Virus record (IMG/VR): IMGVR_UViG_2700988850_000001
Span: 1 to 64,000 of that record
Reading direction: 5' to 3' (one strand)
Source of the DNA: a virus
Lineage: Duplodnaviria > Caudoviricetes
DNA: 64,000 nucleotides
Part shown: in pieces, positions 27,207 through 37,523 of the stretch
How positions within the stretch are numbered: the first letter of the stretch is position 1
Layout of the letters: every line of letters begins with the position of its first letter
Program-made: the position numbers and the translations under genes
The notes under the pieces: model-generated
What the model was told of the DNA's origin: nothing
Seen by the model: the letters and a program-made list of their open reading frames with translations, nothing else
The model's database searches: none

Positions 27207-29752
27207 TGGCACGCATCACTTACCGGCCCACGACCGTTGTCAACTACGGCAACACTGGGCCGACCGGCGGTAGCGGTAACATACTTGGCGACGGCAACGA
27301 CAACACCTTCCAGTCGTACTACGAAGGCTCGGGTTCTATCGCAGTGTTCCCGAACTTCAATGAGTCCTTGATCCCGGTCAACAAGTCCGTCATTGCAGTG
27401 CGCGTCGCGCATCGTATGACGAACGAGTTGGCCGGGGGCTTGGGCCTGTTTAACGGCTGGCCCGCCTCGTACTTGCGTATCAACAACACGCGAGTCAATG
27501 AGACTTACAACTACAAGCAGGATGGATACAGTAACGGTCGCCGTACCGTTATGGGTCCGCCTCTGTACAAGTCTCAGACAGGCGGCTGGGATGTTGCCGA
27601 CCTCAACCGCATGGGTGCCGATGTAGGCGCAGCGGTCGGAACCATCGGCCCGAATAAGAAAAACCGTTGGTGTGTCGCTACCGACGTGTGGATCGCAGTG
27701 GTGACGGACGAGCCGGTACCCGTACCGACTTCTCCGTCCCCTGCGAACAACGAAACCATCTCAACTTCGAGTGTGAACTTCTCGGCTCAGGTTCCTGCGC
27801 CGCAAGAGGAGCAGTCTGTCCGCGCAATCTTCCAGGTTGCGCGTGACAGCGCCTTCACTCAGGAGGTCAAGACTTTCGTTGGCGGGTTGAACGGACTCGA
27901 GACTCCTACTTCTCGCAGCTACTACCAGTCGATTCCAGGCAAGGATTCCTACACCGGCCTTGGTCCGGGCGAGTGGTACTTGCGAATGAAGGGTCGCGAC
28001 TACCGTGGCGTGGAATCCGCATGGGGTGCCGCCACCAAGTTCAAGATCACTCACGGTGCCCTGCCGACCCCGACGCTGGCAGAGCCGCAGCCCGGCGTGG
28101 TCTCCTCGAACCCGTACGCCATGCGCACCGCAACCTTCACCAACCTCACGACCGAAAACTCGGGCGCTCGCAAAGTGGGCGCAGAATGGCAGTTCGCTAA
28201 GGACAGTGCATTCACCAACAGTGTAGTGAGCTGGCAGAATCGGCAGGGAAGGTTCGATTCGGGATCGGTAAGCTACAACCCGTATCCGAACCCGGAGACC
28301 AAGCCTGGGCTGTACGGTCCAACCGTAAGCCTTGAGGACCCACCTCAGCGTCTGTCGCAGGGACTTACGTACGCTCGAGTCCGTGGTGTGGATGAGTGGG
28401 GTCAGGTCGGACCTTGGAGTCAGACGTACAGCTTCGAGGTCCGGCACATCCCGGTTCCAGCAGACGCTACCCCCAAGCTGGGTAACGACTTTGATCCCTC
28501 GACCATGCCGATCACGTGGCGGTTCACCGACCCTTGGAACCAGGACACCCAGACGGCTTACCGCATCACGATTAAGGACAGCTCGAACACTGTCGTTTAC
28601 AACAGTGGTAAGGTGCTGTCTACCTATGAGCGTGCACAGGTGACGTTGCCGCAGTCGCTCATGTTCCAGACCCTCAAGTACACGCTTGAACTGTGGGACA
28701 TTGACGACGTGAAGTCCACGGCAATTGACGAATACACATTCGTCATGTCGAAGTCTCCCGTGATTACCTGCCCCTTCCCTGCGGATGCTGAGCAGATCGT
28801 CACGGGCGAACCGACCATCACTTGGAGCGTAGCCTTCTCTCGGGCAGGCGTTACGCAGAAGAGCTTCCGGATCGTGTTCCGTAACATCGCGGATAGTTCA
28901 GTGGCCTTTGATACCGGAGTCATCTCCGGTACTGCCACTACCTGGACTCCACCGCGACCGATCCTGAAGAACCTCAGCGGATACCAAATGTCGCTGACTG
29001 TTACGGATAGCAAGGATCTTAGCTCCACACTTATCCGCAACTTCTCCACCAACTTCATTCGACCTTACGGAACTCAGGCGTTTGCGGATGCGTCGAACTA
29101 CCTTGATGGGGGATACGTCAATGTCATTTGGTCTGGGGAACTTGATCCGTACTTCGCAGAGTGGCGCATCTACCGGCGCAAGGTTAACGCAGAGTCTCCT
29201 GCTGAGTGGGACCGCGTTGGTACTGTTGACTCTCCCGACCAGTTGTCTTACAACGATTGGACGGTTGCTGGATCAGGAGAGTTCGAATACTCCGTCACAC
29301 AAGTCGCATACCGATATGGCTCACTGGTAGAGTCCGAGCATGAGACTTACCCTGTCGCCGTCTACATCCACTCGGAAGATTACTGGCTGATCGTCCCGGA
29401 TGATGAGTCGCGGAACATCCGACTGTTCTCGGTGAAGGGTGACAAGTACACGGAGCGTCGTCAGCAGAACGAATACGATATCATTGGTGGCGGTACTCGC
29501 CTCAGTCAAGGCCCTCGCATTGGCATGAGCGGTACCCTCTCCTGCTCGATTCGTCACAGTACGAAACTCACCGCCAGCGAACAAGTCGCAGTCCTCCGTG
29601 AACTTATGTTCATGAACGGCTGGGTACTCATGCGCGATCCGTTCGGCAACATCACCAAGATTGGCATTAAGGATATCAGTGTCGATCGCATCCCAGGCGT
29701 TGGCAACAACGAGTATGCGGACATTGAGATTCCTTACGTGGAGGTTATGTAA
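27206..29752 (+). CDS. Minor tail protein with FN3/Ig-like repeats
   Basis: Follows tape measure; WYLRMKGRD...SAW and YARVRGVD...GPWS FN3-like motifs; C-terminal MRDPFG. Confidence 0.8.
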   Translation: MARITYRPTTVVNYGNTGPTGGSGNILGDGNDNTFQSYYEGSGSIAVFPNFNESLIPVNKSVIAVRVAHRMTNELAGGLGLFNGWPASYLRINNTRVNETYNYKQDGYSNGRRTVMGPPLYKSQTGGWDVADLNRMGADVGAAVGTIGPNKKNRWCVATDVWIAVVTDEPVPVPTSPSPANNETISTSSVNFSAQVPAPQEEQSVRAIFQVARDSAFTQEVKTFVGGLNGLETPTSRSYYQSIPGKDSYTGLGPGEWYLRMKGRDYRGVESAWGAATKFKITHGALPTPTLAEPQPGVVSSNPYAMRTATFTNLTTENSGARKVGAEWQFAKDSAFTNSVVSWQNRQGRFDSGSVSYNPYPNPETKPGLYGPTVSLEDPPQRLSQGLTYARVRGVDEWGQVGPWSQTYSFEVRHIPVPADATPKLGNDFDPSTMPITWRFTDPWNQDTQTAYRITIKDSSNTVVYNSGKVLSTYERAQVTLPQSLMFQTLKYTLELWDIDDVKSTAIDEYTFVMSKSPVITCPFPADAEQIVTGEPTITWSVAFSRAGVTQKSFRIVFRNIADSSVAFDTGVISGTATTWTPPRPILKNLSGYQMSLTVTDSKDLSSTLIRNFSTNFIRPYGTQAFADASNYLDGGYVNVIWSGELDPYFAEWRIYRRKVNAESPAEWDRVGTVDSPDQLSYNDWTVAGSGEFEYSVTQVAYRYGSLVESEHETYPVAVYIHSEDYWLIVPDDESRNIRLFSVKGDKYTERRQQNEYDIIGGGTRLSQGPRIGMSGTLSCSIRHSTKLTASEQVAVLRELMFMNGWVLMRDPFGNITKIGIKDISVDRIPGVGNNEYADIEIPYVEVM

Positions 29753-31497
29753 TGGCTAACAAGCCTACGCCTTACATTGAGAAGGCATTCCTTCAGCCAG
29801 TCGTTGACATTATCCGGCGCATCGAAATCTATGAGTACGACGGGCGTACGCCATGGAAGCCGGAGTTGTGGGATCGACTTCTGATCGACGGTTCTGTCAC
29901 CGCTGATCACGACTCGGAGAACCGACGGTCCTTCGAAGTCACGCTCGATAACCTGGACAACGAACTCGACCCGGAGGCTGGCAACCTCTGGTTCGATAAG
30001 GTGTTCAAGGTTATGTACGGCATCGAACTGAATCAGAAGCCGCGCAAGCCGAAGATCCTTATTGCGGAAGAGTACCAGTCCACGGGACAGGCGCTGCTGT
30101 TGAAGGCAGCCCTGTCCCGTGCAGGGTTCAAGTTCGTGCACTACAATCCGCAGGCAGACTTGTACAGCGATGTTGAGCAGTTCGATATCATCGTGAGTAT
30201 CAGCTCCGACTACACCCGCAAGCTGGCACTTCTCACCGAGGCGTTCAGCAAGGGTAAGTCCATCATCACCTTCGGTCTCAATGCTACGTCTGCACAGCTC
30301 CCCTACCTTATCGCAGGCGCAGGATTGAACATGTCCACCGATAGTGGAGTCCGGTCTATTGCACCGAATACTTCCCTGGTGAGCGAGGTGACAGTCGGCT
30401 GGTCTCAGTGGAACCTTGTCGGTCCTCAGTCGTACCGCAAGATCGACACGCCTCACGCGGAGGCGCAGGTCTTGGCGTGGCAGACGGATGCAACCAACGG
30501 CATCTCGCCTGGTGTTGTAGCTCGCTCAGCCTTCGGAGGCTCGCGGTGGATGCACGTGATGCAGAACAAGTTCGGCGCGTCTGACTTCAACTCCACCAAC
30601 GACGCCGACCAGTTCGAGCAGTTCCTCGCGGCGTCGGTTGACTGGGTTGACACCTTCGTTCCACAAGCCAAGTGGGAAACGCAGATCGGTGAGTTCATCT
30701 CCGACAGCATCGGGTACGCCGACGACTTTGGCGATACCATCAAGGTGACCGGACGCGACTACACCAAGCGCTGTCAGCTCTCAAAGCTTGTTGCGGCGAC
30801 CATGTTCACTAAGGATCAGAAGGTCGAGGAGGTCATCAAGACCCTCGCGCTGAACTGCAACATTGACAAGTTCAATCTGATCACGACGAACAAGACGCTC
30901 GGCAAGGATATGACTTACGAGCGCGACACGGATCGCTGGTCGATCATGAAGGAGATCGCTACGGCGCACAGCTATGAGCTGTTCTTCGACGCCTCGGGAT
31001 ACCTTACCATGACCGAGTTCAATGATCCACTTCTCACTCCCCCGACGCTGGTACTTACTACCGGCGTCGGGGGTAACCTCGTGTCGCGAGGACGTAAGAC
31101 TTCCGACTCGCGACTGTTCAATCACATCGTCGTAGTGGGCGAGAGTTCCGACTCCTCCAAGCTGCCGGTGTGGGCTGAGGCGAAGAATGAAAACCCGAAC
31201 TCGGCAAGCAACATCCAGACCATCGGCGACCGTGTGATGGTGTACACTTCCAGTGCCATCACTGAGACGGGACAGGCGATGGAACTTGCCAACTCGTACC
31301 TCAGCGTGGCGGCACTGGAAGAGTTCGAGCTTAACTTCTCGAGCGTCATGTTCCCGTGGATCGAGCCTGGCGAAATCCTCGAGATGCAAGACGACGAGAC
31401 CTGGGGTCCAGGACGATTCCTGATCGGACAGTTGACATTCCCTCTCGACCTTAGCCCGATGAGCGGAACCGGAAAGCGGGTGACGAAGGTAGCATGA
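29752..31497 (+). CDS. Minor tail (baseplate hub/Tal-like) protein
   Basis: IKVTGRD, LFFDASG, FNHIVVVGE and PWIEPGE motifs. Confidence 0.8.
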   Translation: MANKPTPYIEKAFLQPVVDIIRRIEIYEYDGRTPWKPELWDRLLIDGSVTADHDSENRRSFEVTLDNLDNELDPEAGNLWFDKVFKVMYGIELNQKPRKPKILIAEEYQSTGQALLLKAALSRAGFKFVHYNPQADLYSDVEQFDIIVSISSDYTRKLALLTEAFSKGKSIITFGLNATSAQLPYLIAGAGLNMSTDSGVRSIAPNTSLVSEVTVGWSQWNLVGPQSYRKIDTPHAEAQVLAWQTDATNGISPGVVARSAFGGSRWMHVMQNKFGASDFNSTNDADQFEQFLAASVDWVDTFVPQAKWETQIGEFISDSIGYADDFGDTIKVTGRDYTKRCQLSKLVAATMFTKDQKVEEVIKTLALNCNIDKFNLITTNKTLGKDMTYERDTDRWSIMKEIATAHSYELFFDASGYLTMTEFNDPLLTPPTLVLTTGVGGNLVSRGRKTSDSRLFNHIVVVGESSDSSKLPVWAEAKNENPNSASNIQTIGDRVMVYTSSAITETGQAMELANSYLSVAALEEFELNFSSVMFPWIEPGEILEMQDDETWGPGRFLIGQLTFPLDLSPMSGTGKRVTKVA

Positions 31498-32288
31498 CGA
31501 AGAACTTTGGTAACTTCAACACAGCCGAAGAGCTGGTCCGTGCAATGCGGCAGATTGCGCAAGACGAAATCAGCAAGGCTCGTCCTGCACTTCGTAGCGC
31601 GGAGGTAATCTCGTTCGTGGAGAACGAGAAGGCTGTCATGGTCAGGTTCGTGGGTGAGCCGGAGGCGGTGAAGGTCCCGTACAACAGTGTGGCACCGAGC
31701 TACGCTGGGCAGTACGTGCGAGTCGGGGGAACGCAGGGCGACCGTGCGGTGCAAGAAGTCATGGGAGACAGCGACGACCTCGCTCGCATCAAGACTCTCG
31801 AGGATACTTCGAAGGCGCGTGACCCTGACTTCCTGTACCACACCATCGTTGCAGACTGGACCCCGGCAAGAGCCGCCACTGTTCGCGTGCCTTTCGTCGG
31901 GTTCGTTGAGACCTCGAAGTTTGTGGACAATCCAATCAGCATTGATCCGTCTGGTCTTGTGACCTTCAATGAGGATGGGTACTACAAGATTCATTCCAAG
32001 ATGGGATTCAATACCGGATCGTCCGGCGCTGAATATGTGCATGGATGGTTGCAAAAGATTACGCCTGGTGGCTCTTGGGATATTGACCAAGATACATACG
32101 ATGCACGCGGCATGGACGGCGAGCGAGCGGAGGGTGGCATTCACCTGTTTGGCTTCTCGCACTTTCTAGCGGGAGAGCAGTTGTCTGTAAACATCTACAC
32201 TTCTGCTGGTCGTACACTTTTCAAAACCAAGACCAACCTTTATGTCGAAATGAAGAAGCGAGGACCACGGTCAGTCGCTCCGTCGTAG
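31494..32288 (+). CDS. Minor tail (tip) protein
   Basis: OB-fold-like N-terminus, jelly-roll-like C-terminus; ATGA overlap. Confidence 0.65.
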   Translation: MTKNFGNFNTAEELVRAMRQIAQDEISKARPALRSAEVISFVENEKAVMVRFVGEPEAVKVPYNSVAPSYAGQYVRVGGTQGDRAVQEVMGDSDDLARIKTLEDTSKARDPDFLYHTIVADWTPARAATVRVPFVGFVETSKFVDNPISIDPSGLVTFNEDGYYKIHSKMGFNTGSSGAEYVHGWLQKITPGGSWDIDQDTYDARGMDGERAEGGIHLFGFSHFLAGEQLSVNIYTSAGRTLFKTKTNLYVEMKKRGPRSVAPS

Positions 32289-32298
32289 GCTGTTATGT

Positions 32299-32328
32299 TT
32301 GACACGTGCGTAATGGTCGGTCTATTCT
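32299..32328 (+). promoter_or_regulatory. SigA-like promoter for lysis cassette
   Basis: TTGACA, 18-nt spacer, TATTCT. Confidence 0.65.
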
Positions 32329-32364
32329 CAGGTGTTCGTAAGGTTCTCTGACCAAGGAGGAATT

Positions 32365-32625
32365 GTGCAGGAAGAAGAAACGTTAGGCTGGAACGATCGG
32401 GTTCCTGAGCCTGCACTTGTCCGTGGCGCACTCGTAGCAGTTTCGGCAGTTGTTGCGGTTGTCGTCGGCCATGAAGTCGATGTTGCGTGGGTAGACTACG
32501 TGACGAATATCTACGCGGCATTGTCTGCACTTGTTGCTGGCATTGTCATTCGACGCAAGGTCACCCCCGTTGAGGTGTCGAATGCGAACGTGCAGGCGGC
32601 ACTTTACTCTGACCCCCCGAGGTAG
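32365..32625 (+). CDS. Holin-like membrane protein
   Basis: SD AAGGAGG before GTG; EPAL, two TM segments and RRKVTP, typical of actinophage holins. Confidence 0.72.
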   Translation: MQEEETLGWNDRVPEPALVRGALVAVSAVVAVVVGHEVDVAWVDYVTNIYAALSALVAGIVIRRKVTPVEVSNANVQAALYSDPPR

Positions 32626-32627
32626 CA

Positions 32628-33617
32628 ATGGCGTACATTGAAATCCTCTCCCCCAATAAGCACTACAAGGGGTTCAAGAAGAACATCATCGTTCTTCACA
32701 CGAACGAGCCTGGCCCCTACGCGCCTGGCAAGTTTCCTGGTACTGCCGAGTCTCTTGGCCTGTACCTTAAGGACCCTTCTCGTCAGGCAAGCTACCAGCT
32801 TATCGTGGACCGCAACGGCGACGTGTGCCGAAGTGTGCGGGACACCGATTGCGCATGGGCGGCGGGGCCGATTGCCAACAACGAAGGCCTTCACATTTGC
32901 GTGAACGGCTGGGCAGCTCAGACCCGCGCAGAGTGGTTGCAGTACGATAAGCAGCTCAACCAGACGGCGGTTGAGATTGCACGCTGGTGCAAGCAGGAAG
33001 GCATTCCCGCAAAGAAGCTTACCCCCGCAATGTTCAAGGATGCGGAGTGGGGCATCGGCGGACACGGCGACGTTGCGCTTGCGTGGCGAGAGACAGATCA
33101 CACTGACCCAGGAGCAAACTACCCGTATGATGTGCTGATTCAGAAGGTGCTTGCCATTCTGAATCCCGCACCGCCTGCGGGCAATGCCGGAAACGGAGCA
33201 GCAAAGATGAGCGATGAGATGATCCAGTTCATGGGTCCGAGTGGTGACGGCTGGATTGAGCTTGCACCACAGAAGGACCCCCAGGGCAAGTCGTTCTCGA
33301 TCTTCAAGTTCCTTCAGGGCAAGGAACCGAACGTCAAGAAGCAGACGGTTGTCGAGGCAATCGCTACGCTTATCTTTGAGGCTACGCTTCGCATCCGCCC
33401 GTACCGGGGCAAGGATGCAGACCGCGTACCTGAGACCGTCCTTGGTCACGCGGCAACGGCAGCCGGTACCGGCCTTGACAACCGCGAACTGCTGTTGCAA
33501 GTGCTGCTGAATCAGCAGGCCATTGCTGAGAAGGTCGGCGTTGCCCTTCCGGACATAACTCTACAGGGTCAGCCGGTCCCCGGAGAGCTTCTTGGAGAGC
33601 CTGCACGTAAGGAGTAG
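32628..33617 (+). CDS. lysA: Endolysin, N-acetylmuramoyl-L-alanine amidase (LysA)
   Basis: IVLHTNE, ASYQ, AWAAG, GHGD and HTDPG Zn-amidase motifs. Confidence 0.9.
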   Translation: MAYIEILSPNKHYKGFKKNIIVLHTNEPGPYAPGKFPGTAESLGLYLKDPSRQASYQLIVDRNGDVCRSVRDTDCAWAAGPIANNEGLHICVNGWAAQTRAEWLQYDKQLNQTAVEIARWCKQEGIPAKKLTPAMFKDAEWGIGGHGDVALAWRETDHTDPGANYPYDVLIQKVLAILNPAPPAGNAGNGAAKMSDEMIQFMGPSGDGWIELAPQKDPQGKSFSIFKFLQGKEPNVKKQTVVEAIATLIFEATLRIRPYRGKDADRVPETVLGHAATAAGTGLDNRELLLQVLLNQQAIAEKVGVALPDITLQGQPVPGELLGEPARKE

Positions 33618-33901
33618 TGATGCCGGACCAGGAGTTCTTCGGAATTTCTCTTGGCATTCTTACTCCGAGTGCGCTCTGTGGCCTGTTCGTTCTGTTTATC
33701 CTGACCGGAAAACTCGTGCCTAAGTCCACAGTGGACTCACGAATCCAGGATAAGGATGATGTTATCGCCGAGCTACGAACTACAAGTACAACTCGGGAGA
33801 AGCATGTCAACACTCTACTTGAGCAGAACAGCCTTCTTCTTCGAGGAGCTGAAACAACTCTGCACGTCGTTGAATCCCTCCCTCGCGTGGATGGGGGATG
33901 A
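33617..33901 (+). CDS. Membrane protein with coiled coil (lysis cassette)
   Basis: N-terminal TM followed by GKLVP, common in actinophage lysis cassettes. Confidence 0.7.
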   Translation: MMPDQEFFGISLGILTPSALCGLFVLFILTGKLVPKSTVDSRIQDKDDVIAELRTTSTTREKHVNTLLEQNSLLLRGAETTLHVVESLPRVDGG

Positions 33902-33902
33902 G

Positions 33903-34133
33903 ATGGAGTGGCCTTGGAGCAGGAAGAGGAACAGAGAACGGGAGCCGAGCAGGGAAGTTCTTGAGGCGCGGGCTGAGCGTAAGCAAGCTCAGTCCGCCCT
34001 CGAGGCCACGGCTGCAAACACTTCTTCGATCATCAACATCACGGAGAAGTTGGAATCGTCCAGACGGCGGAACCATTACGGAGAAGCTATTGAGCTGGCG
34101 TGGATCAGGAAGAATGGGCATGCCACACCGTAA
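33903..34133 (+). CDS. Small lysis-cassette protein
   Basis: MEWPW...RRRNHYGEAI pattern; start uncertain. Confidence 0.6.
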   Translation: MEWPWSRKRNREREPSREVLEARAERKQAQSALEATAANTSSIINITEKLESSRRRNHYGEAIELAWIRKNGHATP

Positions 34134-34521
34134 GAAGGCGAAGGCTGTTAAGGTCGTTGCTGTACTCGGCGGCGTGGCCGTCGTGCTCACAGGCAACTCG
34201 CAACTCGTTGGCAACATCTTCATCACAGCGATAGCGGTTCTGTCGTGGACCTTCTGTCTGATCTACGTGACCCAGTTCGATTGGCGACACACCTTCGCTG
34301 GAAGATCAATCCTGTATGACCAGCTAGTGCTTGCCGCGCTTTCGACACATGTGGCAGCATCCAACTGGGTTGACTACCCGTTCAGGGATCAGATAAGACC
34401 AGTGCTGTATCTTGTCTCGATGCTGGCGGTGCTCAACCTCCTCGTCACCTTCCTTATCTACGAGTATGGCTGGGGATCGCGTGAGAAGGAAGAAGAACAA
34501 GAGGCAGCTCGACAGAAGTAA
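34114..34521 (+). CDS. Multi-TM membrane protein (putative second holin)
   Basis: About four hydrophobic segments and WRHTFAGR motif; start uncertain. Confidence 0.62.
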   Translation: MGMPHRKKAKAVKVVAVLGGVAVVLTGNSQLVGNIFITAIAVLSWTFCLIYVTQFDWRHTFAGRSILYDQLVLAALSTHVAASNWVDYPFRDQIRPVLYLVSMLAVLNLLVTFLIYEYGWGSREKEEEQEAARQK

Positions 34522-34564
34522 GAAAACCCCCGGTACCTAATGAAAGGTACCGGGGGTTTTCTTA
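34519..34564. terminator. Bidirectional terminator between converging arms
   Basis: 20-bp inverted repeat TAAGAAAACCCCCGGTACCT / AGGTACCGGGGGTTTTCTTA. Confidence 0.9.
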
Positions 34565-34566
34565 TG

Positions 34567-34809
34567 TCACATGTTGCGCAGTTGCTCTTCCATGAGGAAC
34601 ACTGTCAGGTTCTCAGTTGAATGGCGCGTGTTCTTACTTATCGCGAACATGCTGTGAACCATTGCGACCGTGCCCTCAGGGTTAGCCTGGCAGAGTGGAG
34701 TGTGCAACGCTTGCCGCATGGCCTCTACTGATGCCGTGAAATTGGCAAGTGCGTCGTCGAGCTTTTCCTCAAGGAACTCGAGCGGTTGCTTGTCGGGATC
34801 GGCAGCCAT
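34567..34809 (-). CDS. Hypothetical protein
   Basis: ORF packed in the minus-strand operon. Confidence 0.65.
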   Translation of the reverse strand: MAADPDKQPLEFLEEKLDDALANFTASVEAMRQALHTPLCQANPEGTVAMVHSMFAISKNTRHSTENLTVFLMEEQLRNM

Positions 34810-34810
34810 G

Positions 34811-34996
34811 TCAGAACCTCGAAGTGGTGTGTTGAGTCGCCGGGGAGATGGACTCTTCCAGCTGGTTCAGATTAACAGTCAGACGCTTCAACCCTTTCGC
34901 AAGGGTTACCACCTTGTCGGGACCAATGTTAGCGATGATCCACTCGCCGCTACTGGAACCCTTGACCTTGACTCGATCGCCAGTTTCGAAGCCCAT
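34811..34996 (-). CDS. Small SH3/KOW-like protein
   Basis: FETGDRVKVK motif. Confidence 0.6.
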   Translation of the reverse strand: MGFETGDRVKVKGSSSGEWIIANIGPDKVVTLAKGLKRLTVNLNQLEESISPATQHTTSRF

Positions 34997-35000
34997 GACA

Positions 35001-36212
35001 TTACCCCTTCAGTGAGACACTTGGATTCGGGTCGCTGTACGTCATGCTGAACACTTCCTTGAGCTGGGCACTCTTCTCGTCGCCAAGCTCATTGGACTTG
35101 ATCAGTGCATCTACCGACGACACGTTGACCTTTGCAATCGTCTGCATCACCTCAGGTCCGACGATAAGACCTACCTGCCTGGTGTCAACCTGACGAGATG
35201 CCTTGCTCTTGTACTCGACCGTGAAGTTGTCAGTCTCCCAGCGGTCGATATCCATTTCCTGAGCGCGTCGGTCGATGATCTTCTTGATCTCACCAGCCGC
35301 ATACTTGTTTGCCTTCTCGGCAGCATTGGCTTCGTAGAGCGCACGCAGCAGATCATCGTCGGTTTGATGCGACCAGGTGCCACCATTCTCTGCGTTCTTC
35401 TTCAGAGTCTTGCAGGTAGCCTTGAGCGGGCAGTACGTGCAACCGTCGTGGATAGTTTCTTCCACGTCCTTTTCATCCATGGCAAGGATGATGTTGGCCG
35501 TCTCCCGTATATCCTTCCAGCTCTCACGGCATTCCTCTACCGTGTACTTGACCTGGACCTCGCCGTACCGGAGCATGTCAGACATGACCCAGATTTCGTC
35601 AGCGTTCGAGTCCTTGAACTGGATGGACGCCGCCACCGCATACATCTTGAACTGAAGCTTTTCCTTCACGTCCGAGTTGCTGAGGTTCTTGCGGTAGCTC
35701 TTGTAATCGACAACGCGGATGATGTGCTTCCAGTTGTCGCCAGCCTGAGGAGTCGGGCTAACTTCGCCCGTGACAACGTTCTCCCAGAACTCGTGGCAGC
35801 AGTCCCAAACGTAATTGTACTTCTTGAGACCGTCGTTCGTCTTGATCATAATGTGCGACTTGAGTTCGGTGGAGATGACCCGAACCCTGGCGAGATTGTC
35901 GCTACGCTTGAACCAGTTCTTCAGCATCGACACGCCGTCCTTGTAGCGTTCGTCGTGGCGATCTGAGAACTTGAACACCTCCTTGAATGCCTCGTGGAAG
36001 AACTCGAGGAGGAGCTTCTGGCTAGGCTCGTGCGTTTTCTTAATGTGCACAGCTTGCACGTACAGCTCGAGAGCCAGGTGGCAGGCGGTACCAGTGTCGG
36101 CAGGTCCGCCATTCTCTGAGCGAGGAACGCGCTTGATGTACTCAGCCCAGTACCTCTTGCTGCACCCAATGAAGGATTCAAACCTCGAGGCACTGATGGA
36201 ATAGAGCTGCAA
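35001..36212 (-). CDS. Cas4/RecB-like PD-(D/E)xK exonuclease
   Basis: SASRF...C, GTACH, VDYKS, QFKMYA and CTYCP...C Fe-S ligands. Confidence 0.88.
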   Translation of the reverse strand: MQLYSISASRFESFIGCSKRYWAEYIKRVPRSENGGPADTGTACHLALELYVQAVHIKKTHEPSQKLLLEFFHEAFKEVFKFSDRHDERYKDGVSMLKNWFKRSDNLARVRVISTELKSHIMIKTNDGLKKYNYVWDCCHEFWENVVTGEVSPTPQAGDNWKHIIRVVDYKSYRKNLSNSDVKEKLQFKMYAVAASIQFKDSNADEIWVMSDMLRYGEVQVKYTVEECRESWKDIRETANIILAMDEKDVEETIHDGCTYCPLKATCKTLKKNAENGGTWSHQTDDDLLRALYEANAAEKANKYAAGEIKKIIDRRAQEMDIDRWETDNFTVEYKSKASRQVDTRQVGLIVGPEVMQTIAKVNVSSVDALIKSNELGDEKSAQLKEVFSMTYSDPNPSVSLKG

Positions 36213-36227
36213 CTTATCTCCTGTGGG

Positions 36228-36428
36228 TCATTGTTTCTTGTTTCGAGTTTGTAGTTTTCCACCCCAGATACCGAAGCGCTCGTCCATTCGAACCTGGTAG
36301 TCGCTGCACTCGTCTCGCACTGGACACGACATGCAAAGCTTCTGCGCCTCTAGCCTGCGCTTAGACTGGCCTCGCTCCGCGAAGAACGCATCTGGGTCTA
36401 ACGTGCCACCGCAGCTAGCGTCTCGCAT
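36228..36428 (-). CDS. whiB: WhiB-family transcription regulator
   Basis: C...DPDAFF...CxxCPV...C...GIWGG. Confidence 0.92.
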   Translation of the reverse strand: MRDASCGGTLDPDAFFAERGQSKRRLEAQKLCMSCPVRDECSDYQVRMDERFGIWGGKLQTRNKKQ

Positions 36429-36445
36429 CCACGGTTCGTCTTGAG

Positions 36446-36748
36446 CTAGGAAGTCTGCGTAGAGGGTGCGCTCTCCTTGGGCTTCCCACTGGCCTTCACC
36501 GCAGGTGCAGTCTGAACCGGGTGAGGAAGGCTTCGGCTCTGGGTAACGGGGAGAACAGGGGATACTCCCTCGCTGCTTGACGATGAGTCCGCAGATTCCA
36601 GAGCAGACAAGTCTTTTGGGTTGGTCACCTCTTCCGGTGTGACTGCCTTCGGTCGGCAGTCCATGAAGTTCACGCCCGGAAGGGGGATGCGTTCGTTGTC
36701 GTAGAAGTGGACCAGAGGTTGTGGCTGCGGGTCCATGGGGTCTGACAT
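36446..36748 (-). CDS. Hypothetical low-complexity protein
   Basis: SD GAGGA; fills the gap in the operon. Confidence 0.5.
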   Translation of the reverse strand: MSDPMDPQPQPLVHFYDNERIPLPGVNFMDCRPKAVTPEEVTNPKDLSALESADSSSSSEGVSPVLPVTQSRSLPHPVQTAPAVKASGKPKESAPSTQTS

Positions 36749-36809
36749 GCGGTTTCCTCTCTATGGATCAGGGGTCAAGCATTACGGTACCACGCGGTAC
36801 GCTGAAAAC

Positions 36810-37520
36810 CTACGAGAACAATCCCACATCATCCTGCAATTTGCGGACTGCCTTCTTCCAGTTGTTCTCGTCAAGCTCCATTGCGATCGCATTTCTTCCG
36901 ATCTCCTTGGCTGCCCTGACTAGCGAACCGCTTCCGCCGAATGGATCGACAACCAGGTCTCCCTCGGATGATGAGTGCCGGAGGAGAATCTGTAGAAGTT
37001 CTACTGGTTTTTCGTGGGGATGGATCAGTGTGTTTGCCGGAAGCTGGCCCACACGGATAACGCCAGGGCGCCGTTTGTCAGTACGAATCCTCTTCCCTTT
37101 CTTGAGGAAGAGGATAACCTCGTATGAGGTGCCCCATGAGTTAGTATCCCCCATGCTCGCGCCATTCTTCTCCCAGATGAGCATGTTCTTGTACGTGAAT
37201 CCATGACGACTAAGGTCATGCGCAACGCCGATCCAATGGTCAAGGACATGCCATGAGGTGAAGATGTATAGGTCGCAATCATCCGACGTTTTGGGTAGCA
37301 GAGAATCCATAACCTTGTTAAATACTTCGATTGCCACCTGTGGGTCTGAATCGTTAGCAATCTTCCGCGCATACTCCTTGCCCTTCTCGGTGACCGACTG
37401 ATTGCTGATCGCGTCAATCCCGAAGGGCGGGTCGGTGATCACACAGTTCACCGACCCGCTCGGGAGAATGGCGCACAAGTCAACGGCATCGCCGAGCCAG
37501 ATATCGTGCACCGTTTCCAC
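36810..37520 (-). CDS. DNA N6-adenine/N4-cytosine methyltransferase (beta class)
   Basis: ITDPPF, HPHEKP and DPFGGSGS in beta-class order. Confidence 0.9.
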   Translation of the reverse strand: METVHDIWLGDAVDLCAILPSGSVNCVITDPPFGIDAISNQSVTEKGKEYARKIANDSDPQVAIEVFNKVMDSLLPKTSDDCDLYIFTSWHVLDHWIGVAHDLSRHGFTYKNMLIWEKNGASMGDTNSWGTSYEVILFLKKGKRIRTDKRRPGVIRVGQLPANTLIHPHEKPVELLQILLRHSSSEGDLVVDPFGGSGSLVRAAKEIGRNAIAMELDENNWKKAVRKLQDDVGLFS

Positions 37521-37523
37521 GTT

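Noticed and set aside
35001-36212. Cas4-like gene as evidence of a CRISPR-Cas system
   Set aside because: No repeat-spacer array or other cas genes seen; solo Cas4/RecB-like nucleases are common in actinophages.
36810-37520. Restriction-modification system
   Set aside because: No cognate restriction endonuclease adjacent; looks like an orphan methyltransferase.
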